A DNA stretch of 64,000 nucleotides, taken from positions 85,189 to 149,188 of the forward strand of contig CALWKS010000004.1 of NCBI GenBank assembly GCA_944381325.1, written 5' to 3'. Shown here piece after piece: positions 53,021-62,312 of the stretch. The notes below the pieces were generated by a model. The model did no database searches. It saw only the letters and a program-made list of their open reading frames with translations, and was not told where the DNA came from. Position 1 is the first letter of the stretch. The number at the start of each line of letters is the position of its first letter. The stretch comes from an uncultured Christensenellaceae bacterium. Lineage in GTDB: Bacteria; Bacillota; Clostridia; Christensenellales; UBA3700. Made by a program: the position numbers and the translations under genes.

Positions 53021-56000
53021 TCAGGTCGTTATAACGCCGTCTACGGTGATCATGAGCTGTTTTTCGTCAAGAGCGGTTTCAATCGCTTTGTCAATCCATT
53101 CTGCAACAGCCTTTGTCTTCTTGCCGTAGTTGAACAGAGCGACAACTTCTTTCACAACTCCGTCGCGCGTCATGCCTATGTTGGTCTCTATCGCGCACTT
53201 GACTGCGGCAAGTATCTCCTCAGGATAGATCTTCGTAATGTCGCGCTTTATCTTTTCGTCTGAAGGACGGAACGTTTCAACCGGCTTATCGACGTAGAAC
53301 ACCTTTCCGTCAACTTCTTTTCTGAAGCCGTCGAACGCGCCGATATATTCTGTCAGCTGAGCTATCGCCTTCTTTGCCGTGCCTGGAATGTTGTACATCG
53401 CGGTCAGCTTATCGAGAAGATATCTTTCCTCTATCGGAGACTCTCTGTCTATGATAGCGCGGATGCGTTCTTTTATCTTGTCCTCGCTGGCAATATCCAT
53501 TACAAAATCCGTACCGGGCTTTGCCAGAGGTTTTACCGTGAACGACTTATACGGCGTGCGATACTTGGACATAGCCTCTTTGACAGCCTTTTTGCTGAGC
53601 ACTTTCTTCTGAGTAAGCGCGGTTACGTAATCCTTGATCTTGGTAATCTCGCGGCGCGGATTATTGTAATAATTGACCGTCCACAGCTGATATACATTCC
53701 AGCCAAGCTTACGCAATATCTTTGTCTGCATCGTAACTCTGTCTTTTACGCCGCGAAGTTTACAGCTGTTTTCGCTGTCTGCAAGAATAGCCAGAACGTA
53801 TCTGTTCTTATTCTTGGGATCGACAACCGCAACGTCGATTTTGAAGTCAGAAACACCAAGATTGTAATCGCATACGATGCCTCTGTCCTTGAGTTCGTTT
53901 GCAAGAAGTTCTCCTATGCCGCAACCTCTCTCAGCAATATCCTTTGAGTTGATCGCCAGCATATCTCTGCCTCTTTCAGCATATTCAAGGAATGCCTTAA
54001 GTCCTTCAACGCCCTTGCTGTTGGTGCGCGAAAGGTCTATCATATGTCCTGAAATGCCGCTGAATACGACCATCTCGTTTCTTGCTCTGGTTACCGCAAC
54101 GTTTAGACGCTTGTAACCGCCGCTCTGGTTGATAGGACCGAAGTTGAGAGACAGCTTTCCGTTCTTGTCAGGAGCATAGCCCACGCTGAACAATATCAGG
54201 TCTCTTTCGTCACCCTGTACGTTTTCAAGGTTTTTGACGAATACGGGCTCTTCTCTGTCGTACGCCACAGCGTCAAGTCCGTTCTCGTGAATACGCTTTG
54301 TAAGTTCGTTTTCAATATAATTCTGCTGAGCGATATTGAAAGTAACGATACCTATGCTGTACTTGCGTTCATTGGGGTCTTTAAGCCTTCTGATGACTTC
54401 AGACACCAGTTCATCGCCCTCTTTTTTATTGCACTTCTGTCCGCCTCTTTCGTAAATACCGTCGACATAGCGGAACGAAACCTTGCTGTTGAGCTCATTG
54501 GGCGACGGGAACGTGAGCAGCGTGTTGCCGTAATACATCGCGTTGGAGAATGCGATAAGACTTTCGTGCAATGAGCGGTAGTGCCAGAGAAGATGATTTT
54601 CAGGCATACCCAGCGCAAGACAGTCGTCCAGAATGCTGTCAAGGTCTTCCACTTCGTAATGCTCGTCGTCCTTGTAATCCACGTTGAAGAACGTAGTAGG
54701 CGGCAACTGTTTTGGGTCGCCGACGATTATGACGTTCTTGCCGCGCGCTATACAGCCGACAGCTTTGCAGGTGGGCAACTGAGACGCTTCGTCGAATATG
54801 ACGAGGTCGAACTTATCCATGTCTATATCCAAAAACTGAGTAACAGACGTCGGGCTCATCAGCATACACGGGCAACACGTTGCCAATATATGCGGGATCT
54901 TGGCAAACAGTCCGCGAAGCGTCGTACCCTTCATATTGGATTTTTCAGCTCTTAAAAGGATAACTCTTTCAAGATTGTGCTCTCCTTCTGTATCGGGCTT
55001 GGGCACGTTTGCCACAAGTTTTTCGTAAAGCAGCTTTCTTGTCTGACGCTCGTACTCTTCGCTGAGCTCCTTAAAACGCGCCGCCACCTCTTCCAGGTTG
55101 AGACCCGAGAACTGGCAAAGCACGTCGTCAAGAAGCAGTTCGCTTCTGATAAAGTTGTAATAAACGCATTTCTTAAAGCAACTGAGCACTTCCATCGCAG
55201 AAATTTCGCCGTCGGCAAGCGGCTCGAGAACAAAGTCAAGACCGCTCTTTCTGCACTTTTCAACCATTTCCTGATATTTGCACCAGTTGGGTATAAATCC
55301 GAAGTTTTTCTGCAGACTTCCTACGTATTCCACCTTTGCGTTGAGGTCGTTGCCGCCGCTGTAACCGCCAGTATTGAAGACGCGGCAGAATGCCGCTTCG
55401 GCACGCGCGCAACTCTCGTACGCATACATATAGAATTTCGTATAGCTGTTTACGCCGTACTTGGTGAGTTTAGCACAGCTGTCGTCAAAGACGTCGCCGT
55501 TGAATTCTGCATAAAGCTGTTTGCCGTTTTCGTAAAGCGCAGATATCTGATTTGCGTAATCGTCAAGCGCGACTCTGTCTCCGCTCTTGATGCCGAATAT
55601 CTCGGAAAGCTCCTGAGAGCGGCGCTCGTATACGTCGCGCGTCTGCTCGCATTTGAGCAGATATTCAGCAAACACGGTGCGTTCTCTCTTGTCCAGTTCA
55701 GGAGGAGTAACTCTCTTGAGCGCGCGTGAAAATACTCCCGTCTTGGCCGCGTCCGCGATTTCTCCCATATCGAGACCTGACGGATAATTGCCGTAACGCG
55801 AAGTGAATTCAGCCACCATGCTGTCAGACTTGGAGCGTGCTTCGATATAAGAATCGACTATTCCGCGCGGATTATGTCCCTTTGCCGCCGCCGCAAAATA
55901 CTTTCTTACGCTTTCGCTTTCAAGCGCCTTGCATATTCTGTAAAGCGCCTTGAGCTTGGGCGTAGTCAGCGCTACGGTGCGCATATTGAACAAAGGCGTA

Positions 56001-58675
56001 AGCATACGCGCATACTGTCTGAGATGTCTGAGTTCCTGCTCGAACACTTCGAGGATCGCAGAGCCTTCTTCGTTCCACTTCTCATCGAAAGTAAAACTTC
56101 CTATATGTCTAAAAGGCGATTTTTCTATATCTCCGCACTCTTTTGCGCGCAGAGCAAGCTCTGTGAGTATTTCTATATATTTCTGGAAAGTGGATTCAAC
56201 GAGTTTTTCATAGAACATACTGTCTATGTGCAAGCAGTCTCTCGAATCCTTGTTCTCGAAATAACCCATGATCGCCTGATACAGCGAAACTCCGAGGTAT
56301 CTCTTGCTGTGCATTGCATCGAGTTCTTTCTGCAATTTATCCACGCAGGTGTTGATTTCCTGCAGTTTTTCGTCTATATCGCCCGTCTCTTTCTGTTCTG
56401 TCAGAGACATTGTTTTGACTATCTGAGAAAGAACAGCGTTTTTATTCGTCTTGTTGCTGTGAAGCTCTAAGCAGAAATCTCCCAGTCCTATCTGCTGCAG
56501 TCTGTTGTGTACGACAGAGAGCGCCGCCATCTTTTCTGCGACGAACAGCACGCGACGACCGCGCACGATATTGTTGGCGATAATGTTGGTAATTGTCTGT
56601 GATTTACCCGTTCCCGGAGGTCCGTGAAGGACGAAGCTCTTTGACAAGCTGTCATAAATAGCGCTGTACTGAGACGAGTCTGCGGATATCGGCAGGTACA
56701 TTCTCTCCTCTGCCGTATATGCCTCGTCGCTGCTTCTCGACGACAGATCGAACGCACCCTCGGGAAGTTCAAGTTTATTATTGATGAGAGAACTTATGAT
56801 CGGATGTTCTCTGAATCGGTCTGACTTATACTTGACGTCATACCACAGCTGATAGTTGGCAAAAGAAAGACTTGCGATAAACACGTTGGGATAAACTTCC
56901 CAGCCCTTTCTGCCTACCACCTCTTTTTTAAGACGCGCGATTACCGAAAGCACGTTCTGCTGAGTATCCAGCGCGACTTCGCTGAGTCCTCTTATATCCT
57001 GATTGAATTCCTGATACAAAAATTCAAGAAGCGTACTGTTTAAGCGCACGTCTTCGGTATTCACATCGACGGTATAAACCGGAGCTGCAACGCCTTTTTT
57101 GCTGAGCGTTACCGGGCAAAGCAGAAGCGGAGCAAACTTGTCGTCAGCATTCTCGTTCTCTTTCCATTTCAGGAAGCCTGCCGCGACGTACAACGTGGAC
57201 GTGCCCGTTTCTTCCTGAATGGAAGTCTCTTTCTTTATAAGCCTCTGAACGGTAGCGTCATGGTTTTTCTGATCGTAAACCGTCAGAAGACGCTTGTTTT
57301 TGTATTCGTAAGAAACATAATCCACAAAGGGCTTGAGGTAAGAACTTCTCTCGAATCCTTCGTTGAGCTTGTCCGTGTTCTGCACGCCGTCAGACGGACG
57401 AGGATCGAGAGTAAACGACTTGTTTTCTGTCATCGCGCCAATGAAGTCTTCAAGCGAAGGCACGAGAAGTTTTACCGCCGTACGCGAAACTTTGAAGTTG
57501 AGAAGCGCGTTGCGCATATCCATATCGAGAAGCCTGCGCTCCCACTGCGTAACGCGGTTGACCTCTTTCTGACCGCCTATCTCGCCCTTGTATTCCTTAA
57601 ACTGCTTGGGCGCGACGCTCGTCATATAATCAGAACTCTGAACGAGGTCGTATCCCTTAGGACCGTACACTCTTTCAGGAAGCGGGAAAACGTGCATTAT
57701 GCGCGCACGCTTTATATCTACGGCAAAATCGACTCCGTATGCGCGTTTTAGCGCTGTAACGGCATTCTTTTCTGCCCTTTCGAAAGCGACTCCGTCAAAA
57801 AGGTCGCTTATGCATATCATAGTAAATTCGTTGACGCCTTTTTCTGCTTTCTTCACGAGAGCGTCTACGTCGTCCGCAACTGCGTCCTGAGAACATTCGT
57901 CGCTGAGGAATACGCCTACATACCACTTTCCTGCCGCTCTGCAAATAACGGCGTTCTGACCGTTAGCCTCTATCAGCGAAGCGTAAACCAGCGCCATCTC
58001 AAGCGGTGTGGCAAGCTTTGACGCAAACAGATCCTTATGAGACTGAATGACTTCGCTGTCTTCCTGCTTGGGTTCTACGTTGTCGAAGTGCTCGTCGCCT
58101 ATAGTGCTGTAACATGCGGCAAAATAGTTTCTGACTCCGTTGCGATTGCCGTTATATCCTGCAACGTGAGACAATTTCCAGTCCTTTAGTTTATTGTTGA
58201 CCTGCGTAATAAGCGTATTTATCTGAGCGGTGCGTCTGACGAACGTAGCAAGAACTTCGGGATTAGCGCCGAAATTGCATTTGTCAAACGCCGTAACCGT
58301 AACTTTGGCAACCGCCGAATCTACGACTCTGTCGCCGATAAGCGCCTCAACCGTGATTTCCCCTTCTATATCGCTGTCAACAGCGACCATATACAGCGGC
58401 GAAAGTTTTGCCGTTGTCTCGAATTTCGCGGTAGTGCGCCTTGGCAATACGTTCTGCTCTATGGTGCAAGGCAACAAAAAGTCGGGCTGAGAGGATATTC
58501 TGACCTGCAGATTTTCAATATCCGCTCCGCTCGTATTCTTAACGTACAGTCTTTTTATCGGACTGGTATCATTCTGAATCTGATAATAGCTGACCGCACT
58601 GCTGCTCTCAAGAGTTATTTCAACCTCTTTGCGTTCAGAGACCTCAGCTGTAATTGTCTGATTTTCCTGATCCAT
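53021..58675 (-). CDS. 1884-aa protein: DUF4011-like region, SF1 Upf1/DNA2-like helicase, endonuclease-like fold, DUF3320-like C-terminus
   Basis: Walker A GPPGTGKS (56600..56623); Walker B FDEASQ (DEAS codons 54782..54793); IIVGDPKQLPPT; VQGDERD; VAVTRAR; then FKIDVAVVD...LAILADSE..K; uninterrupted ORF. Confidence 0.85.
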   Translation of the reverse strand: MDQENQTITAEVSERKEVEITLESSSAVSYYQIQNDTSPIKRLYVKNTSGADIENLQVRISSQPDFLLPCTIEQNVLPRRTTAKFETTAKLSPLYMVAVDSDIEGEITVEALIGDRVVDSAVAKVTVTAFDKCNFGANPEVLATFVRRTAQINTLITQVNNKLKDWKLSHVAGYNGNRNGVRNYFAACYSTIGDEHFDNVEPKQEDSEVIQSHKDLFASKLATPLEMALVYASLIEANGQNAVICRAAGKWYVGVFLSDECSQDAVADDVDALVKKAEKGVNEFTMICISDLFDGVAFERAEKNAVTALKRAYGVDFAVDIKRARIMHVFPLPERVYGPKGYDLVQSSDYMTSVAPKQFKEYKGEIGGQKEVNRVTQWERRLLDMDMRNALLNFKVSRTAVKLLVPSLEDFIGAMTENKSFTLDPRPSDGVQNTDKLNEGFERSSYLKPFVDYVSYEYKNKRLLTVYDQKNHDATVQRLIKKETSIQEETGTSTLYVAAGFLKWKENENADDKFAPLLLCPVTLSKKGVAAPVYTVDVNTEDVRLNSTLLEFLYQEFNQDIRGLSEVALDTQQNVLSVIARLKKEVVGRKGWEVYPNVFIASLSFANYQLWYDVKYKSDRFREHPIISSLINNKLELPEGAFDLSSRSSDEAYTAEERMYLPISADSSQYSAIYDSLSKSFVLHGPPGTGKSQTITNIIANNIVRGRRVLFVAEKMAALSVVHNRLQQIGLGDFCLELHSNKTNKNAVLSQIVKTMSLTEQKETGDIDEKLQEINTCVDKLQKELDAMHSKRYLGVSLYQAIMGYFENKDSRDCLHIDSMFYEKLVESTFQKYIEILTELALRAKECGDIEKSPFRHIGSFTFDEKWNEEGSAILEVFEQELRHLRQYARMLTPLFNMRTVALTTPKLKALYRICKALESESVRKYFAAAAKGHNPRGIVDSYIEARSKSDSMVAEFTSRYGNYPSGLDMGEIADAAKTGVFSRALKRVTPPELDKRERTVFAEYLLKCEQTRDVYERRSQELSEIFGIKSGDRVALDDYANQISALYENGKQLYAEFNGDVFDDSCAKLTKYGVNSYTKFYMYAYESCARAEAAFCRVFNTGGYSGGNDLNAKVEYVGSLQKNFGFIPNWCKYQEMVEKCRKSGLDFVLEPLADGEISAMEVLSCFKKCVYYNFIRSELLLDDVLCQFSGLNLEEVAARFKELSEEYERQTRKLLYEKLVANVPKPDTEGEHNLERVILLRAEKSNMKGTTLRGLFAKIPHILATCCPCMLMSPTSVTQFLDIDMDKFDLVIFDEASQLPTCKAVGCIARGKNVIIVGDPKQLPPTTFFNVDYKDDEHYEVEDLDSILDDCLALGMPENHLLWHYRSLHESLIAFSNAMYYGNTLLTFPSPNELNSKVSFRYVDGIYERGGQKCNKKEGDELVSEVIRRLKDPNERKYSIGIVTFNIAQQNYIENELTKRIHENGLDAVAYDREEPVFVKNLENVQGDERDLILFSVGYAPDKNGKLSLNFGPINQSGGYKRLNVAVTRARNEMVVFSGISGHMIDLSRTNSKGVEGLKAFLEYAERGRDMLAINSKDIAERGCGIGELLANELKDRGIVCDYNLGVSDFKIDVAVVDPKNKNRYVLAILADSENSCKLRGVKDRVTMQTKILRKLGWNVYQLWTVNYYNNPRREITKIKDYVTALTQKKVLSKKAVKEAMSKYRTPYKSFTVKPLAKPGTDFVMDIASEDKIKERIRAIIDRESPIEERYLLDKLTAMYNIPGTAKKAIAQLTEYIGAFDGFRKEVDGKVFYVDKPVETFRPSDEKIKRDITKIYPEEILAAVKCAIETNIGMTRDGVVKEVVALFNYGKKTKAVAEWIDKAIETALDEKQLMITVDGVITT

Positions 58676-58768
58676 AAACTACTCCTTGTACGACCTAAGG
58701 CATAATGCCCCGAAAAATAAGGACTGAGCGTCCTGTTTCCAAACCCTGACACAAAACTCAACAGATAT

Positions 58769-58797
58769 ATTATAACAAATATTTTACGCGTTGACAA
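58769..58797 (-). promoter_or_regulatory. promoter TTGTCA-17 nt-TATAAT for the helicase gene
   Basis: read on minus strand: -35 at 58792..58797, -10 at 58769..58774. Confidence 0.6.
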
Positions 58798-59043
58798 TAC
58801 AATTGGTATTTTTCCGCCGCACGTTACAACCCCGATATTTTGCAAAAAATCACGCTATTTTAACGCTTTAAACAACGTTTTACAAGGCTTTTTTACTAAA
58901 AACCTTTATCCCGTTGCTTTAAATGCAATAATAATCGTGTTCTTTTTTACACTATAAAAATTTTAGTTTTGTTTCGTTTTTTTACCAGAAAATTTATATC
59001 TTAAATGTCAGACTATTTAATCAAGTTGAAACGCATAAAAAAA

Positions 59044-59062
59044 GACGGTCTGAACGACCGTC
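59044..59062. terminator. bidirectional terminator GACGGTC-tgaac-GACCGTC
   Basis: flanked by an A-run and a T-run; downstream of the 453-aa gene. Confidence 0.7.
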
Positions 59063-59086
59063 TTTTGATTTTGATTGATTATCGGT

Positions 59087-60448
59087 TTATTTGAAATTTC
59101 TGCCGTGGATAAGCTCATAGCTCAGAGACTTGTTGTCATCGAGAGTAGCCGTCGGCTGAATGGTGATGTTGTTGTTGTCGATGCAGTACAGATCGCAGGT
59201 CTTAGCAATTGCACTTGCAGCACTGGGGAGCGGGAAGTTCTTCTTAACCAGCTGAATACCCTGACCGTCATTGCCGTTGATAGTTGACTTGTTTGCCTTG
59301 AGGTCGCCGGTTGCGAGAACAACGATACCGAAGTGAACGTAATCTTCGCCGTCAGCACCCTTGGTGAAGTAGCTGTTGTATTCAGACTTCTTAAGTTCGC
59401 TTGCTACAAGACCGTTTACGAGGTTGTAAAGGAATTCGCCTTCAGTCTTGGGCATAAGCTTAGCGGTCGTTCTGCTCTTCCAGTTGTAGATATCTACAAA
59501 ACCATCGAGGTTGAGCGTGCAGTAGCTGTCTTCGTTTGCAGAAGTCCAGCCGCAGAGAATGATACCGCAGACAACAGAGTTTGCAAATACAGAGTTCTTA
59601 ACGTTGAGGACAGCGCCTTTAACTCCGGCGGTCTCTGCAGCGAGAAGCGCGTCAGAACCGTTTCTCATAACAGTGCCTTCAACCGTGCAGTCAGCACCCT
59701 TGATGTAAACCATCTTGTGAGAGTTTTCAAGAATGCAGTGCTTGATGGTAACTTCAGGACGAACGCTGCTGTCATCATTGTTTGCATTGATGAACTGACC
59801 GTAACCTTCGCAGGTTTCGAGAACTACCTGTTCGCCTTCAGCATACTTATATCCGTAGAAATATACGTCCTGGAAAGTTGCCTTACCGTTGCCGACAACG
59901 TCGAATGCGCTGTTGCCTCTGTTCTTAACGGTACCGCTCATGATAGAGTTGAGATAAAGCTCTTTAGCGTTGCCGTAAATAGTTGAGGAAACGTCCTTGA
60001 TCTGAACGGTCTCTTTGCCTTCAGAAGTGATGTTGCACTGCATAACTACGGTCTTGCCTGCCTTAACGTTTGAAGAAAGGCTAGCCCAGTCGGTAACGTT
60101 CACGCCTTCTACAGCATGTACCTTAAGAGTAACGGTACCGTCAGCCTGAATATTCTCAGCTTCTGTGTCAGTGGGCTTATAAACGAGAGTAAAATCGCCT
60201 GCACCGTTCACGGTAAGCGTCGTACCATCGAGAGTTGCGTTGGTCGCGGTTATAGAATAATCGCTTCCGGGAAGAGCAACTGAGAGATCAACAGTGCCCT
60301 CCGTGCCGACATAATAGTTGCCTTCCATGAGCATCGTAAGCTCTTCGCAAGTAACTACTGTAGGCTCGTTCTTAACACAAGCTACAGCAGCAAAGCACAT
60401 CGCTCCGATAATGGTTACAACCAGAATTGCCAATACTACCTTTTTCAT
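59087..60448 (-). CDS. lipoprotein with Ig-like N-terminal region and probable right-handed beta-helix, hypothetical
   Basis: 453 aa; signal plus AVAC lipobox; repetitive beta-strand pattern with Asn/Gly/Val ladders. Confidence 0.45.
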   Translation of the reverse strand: MKKVVLAILVVTIIGAMCFAAVACVKNEPTVVTCEELTMLMEGNYYVGTEGTVDLSVALPGSDYSITATNATLDGTTLTVNGAGDFTLVYKPTDTEAENIQADGTVTLKVHAVEGVNVTDWASLSSNVKAGKTVVMQCNITSEGKETVQIKDVSSTIYGNAKELYLNSIMSGTVKNRGNSAFDVVGNGKATFQDVYFYGYKYAEGEQVVLETCEGYGQFINANNDDSSVRPEVTIKHCILENSHKMVYIKGADCTVEGTVMRNGSDALLAAETAGVKGAVLNVKNSVFANSVVCGIILCGWTSANEDSYCTLNLDGFVDIYNWKSRTTAKLMPKTEGEFLYNLVNGLVASELKKSEYNSYFTKGADGEDYVHFGIVVLATGDLKANKSTINGNDGQGIQLVKKNFPLPSAASAIAKTCDLYCIDNNNITIQPTATLDDNKSLSYELIHGRNFK

Positions 60449-60739
60449 AATATCCTCCTTAAAGATATCGTTAACCTTTTTGTCGGTAAAAACCGACTGA
60501 TTTGCTCATTTTTTAACAAAGTTGCCTCATTTTGGCATCAGCAATCGAAGCCGCCCTAAGACAACTCTTCCACCTACAGTATAACACAAACCGACAAAAT
60601 AGCAAGCATTATGCACAAATTGGTTTTCCATATTTTACATTTGCACATAATTTAATATTCATATGTTGATTATTTACACATTAATATAACAGACAGTCTT
60701 GCAATGTAAAATTTTAAAACCGTTAAATCGGATAAAACA

Positions 60740-60765
60740 GACAGCCGCGGCGCGCCGCGGCTGTC
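60740..60765 (-). terminator. GC-rich terminator after pgmB
   Basis: GACAGCCGCGGCGCGCCGCGGCTGTC palindrome followed on the minus strand by TGTTTTAT. Confidence 0.7.
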
Positions 60766-60793
60766 CAGGAAGGGGGTAACTTTAAAGCAATTG

Positions 60794-61435
60794 TTATAAA
60801 ACGATTGCCTTAAGATCTGAAAAAGTTTTAAGTCTGTACGTTGCGAGAGCGCTCTTCGTAGCGCTTCCGATAGCCGCGGTGTCGAATCCGCCGTCATGTC
60901 CTGCCTTTATGCCCGCCTCTGCGTCTTCCACTACAAGACAACGCCCAGGCTCAAGTCCGAGAAATTCCGCCGCCATGGTAAACACCTGAGGATCAGGCTT
61001 TGTGCGCGTGATATTTTCTCCGTCAGATATTGCGTCAAAGCTGTTTATCAGCCCTATTCTGGTCAATATAAACTTGGCGTTTTTAGAAGACGAGCCGATT
61101 GCGATTTTTATACCTGCCGCTTTGATCGCGTTTAAAGTGTCCTTTACCTCATCGGACAAATCCTTTTCGCTCATTTGTGAAAGCAGTTTTTTATAATATT
61201 CGTTCTTTTCCGTTGCAAGCGCGAGTTTTTCTTCTGCCGTAAACTTGCGGTCTGTCTTTTCGAGGACGACCTCAAGACTTTCCATACGCGAAACTCCGCG
61301 CTGTCTTTCATTGTCTTTTTTCGTGAAATCGTTTATGCCAAGTTTTTCCGCAAGCATTTTCCATGCAAGATAATGATACTCGTCGGTAGAACAGATAACA
61401 CCGTCAAGATCGAAAATTATTCCTTCGTATTTCAT
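60794..61435 (-). CDS. pgmB: beta-phosphoglucomutase (HAD superfamily)
   Basis: start at MKYEGIIFDLDGVI (DxDG motif); 213 aa; the track ORF N-terminus overlaps the upstream gene and is rejected. Confidence 0.8.
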   Translation of the reverse strand: MKYEGIIFDLDGVICSTDEYHYLAWKMLAEKLGINDFTKKDNERQRGVSRMESLEVVLEKTDRKFTAEEKLALATEKNEYYKKLLSQMSEKDLSDEVKDTLNAIKAAGIKIAIGSSSKNAKFILTRIGLINSFDAISDGENITRTKPDPQVFTMAAEFLGLEPGRCLVVEDAEAGIKAGHDGGFDTAAIGSATKSALATYRLKTFSDLKAIVL

Positions 61436-61445
61436 ATCCTTATTA

Positions 61446-62300
61446 TTAACTCCTCTGCTCTTTAAGCCAGTCGAGCGCAAGCGCAAACCACTTTACGACG
61501 TGCGTACCTCTTATTTCTTTTTCGCTCTTTACTACGGTCGTAGCAAGAGACATGCCGTGTCCGCCCCTTTCGAAGAGATGCAGTTCGCAGGGAACGCCCA
61601 GTTTTTTCAGCCCTGAAGCAAGCCCTGTAAGATCGTCCACAGGAATTATCTGATCGTCGTATGTACCCCATACGAACACGGGCGGCATATTTTTGTGCAA
61701 TTTGTTCAGAAGATTCAAAGAAGCGTATTCTTCTTCTGTGCAATCTGTCTTGCCCAGCAATATCTGCCTTATGTTGGGTCCCGCAAAGCGTTTGAGAAGC
61801 TCAGGATCTATCTTGCACTCGGTTTTTCTCGGCACGGGTATAAGGCTTATTGCGGGATATCCCAGCACAACCCTGTCAGGTCTCACGTCGGCAGTCGAAC
61901 CTATGCCGTCAAGCATTACTTTGTCTTCGCAGTAAACTGCCGAAGAAAGAGCGAGATTGCCGCCTGCCGAAAATCCGACGACTGTGATATCGTCTTTCAC
62001 CAACGCATATTCTTCTGCCTTGTCTCTGATGTATTTAATTGATTTTGCGAGCTGTCTGAGCGCCGTCGGGAAAGGATTCTCTATGCCTGTAGAATATCTG
62101 AGCACAAATGTGTGATATCCTTCTTTTGCGAAAGCCAGCGCTACGGGTTCTCCTTCATCCTTGGACACGAAAGCGTATCCGCCGCCGGGACATATCACCG
62201 CCGCTGGACGTTTTTCGTCCTGTCTGGGATAATCTCCGCTGTCAAGTATATATGCGTCAAGCTCTGCCACGTCGTCAATAACGACAGTAAAACATTTCAT
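61446..62300 (-). CDS. alpha/beta-hydrolase fold esterase/lipase
   Basis: 284 aa; oxyanion-type CPGGGY and nucleophile elbow GFSAGG. Confidence 0.75.
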   Translation of the reverse strand: MKCFTVVIDDVAELDAYILDSGDYPRQDEKRPAAVICPGGGYAFVSKDEGEPVALAFAKEGYHTFVLRYSTGIENPFPTALRQLAKSIKYIRDKAEEYALVKDDITVVGFSAGGNLALSSAVYCEDKVMLDGIGSTADVRPDRVVLGYPAISLIPVPRKTECKIDPELLKRFAGPNIRQILLGKTDCTEEEYASLNLLNKLHKNMPPVFVWGTYDDQIIPVDDLTGLASGLKKLGVPCELHLFERGGHGMSLATTVVKSEKEIRGTHVVKWFALALDWLKEQRS

Positions 62301-62312
62301 ACAATATCCTCC

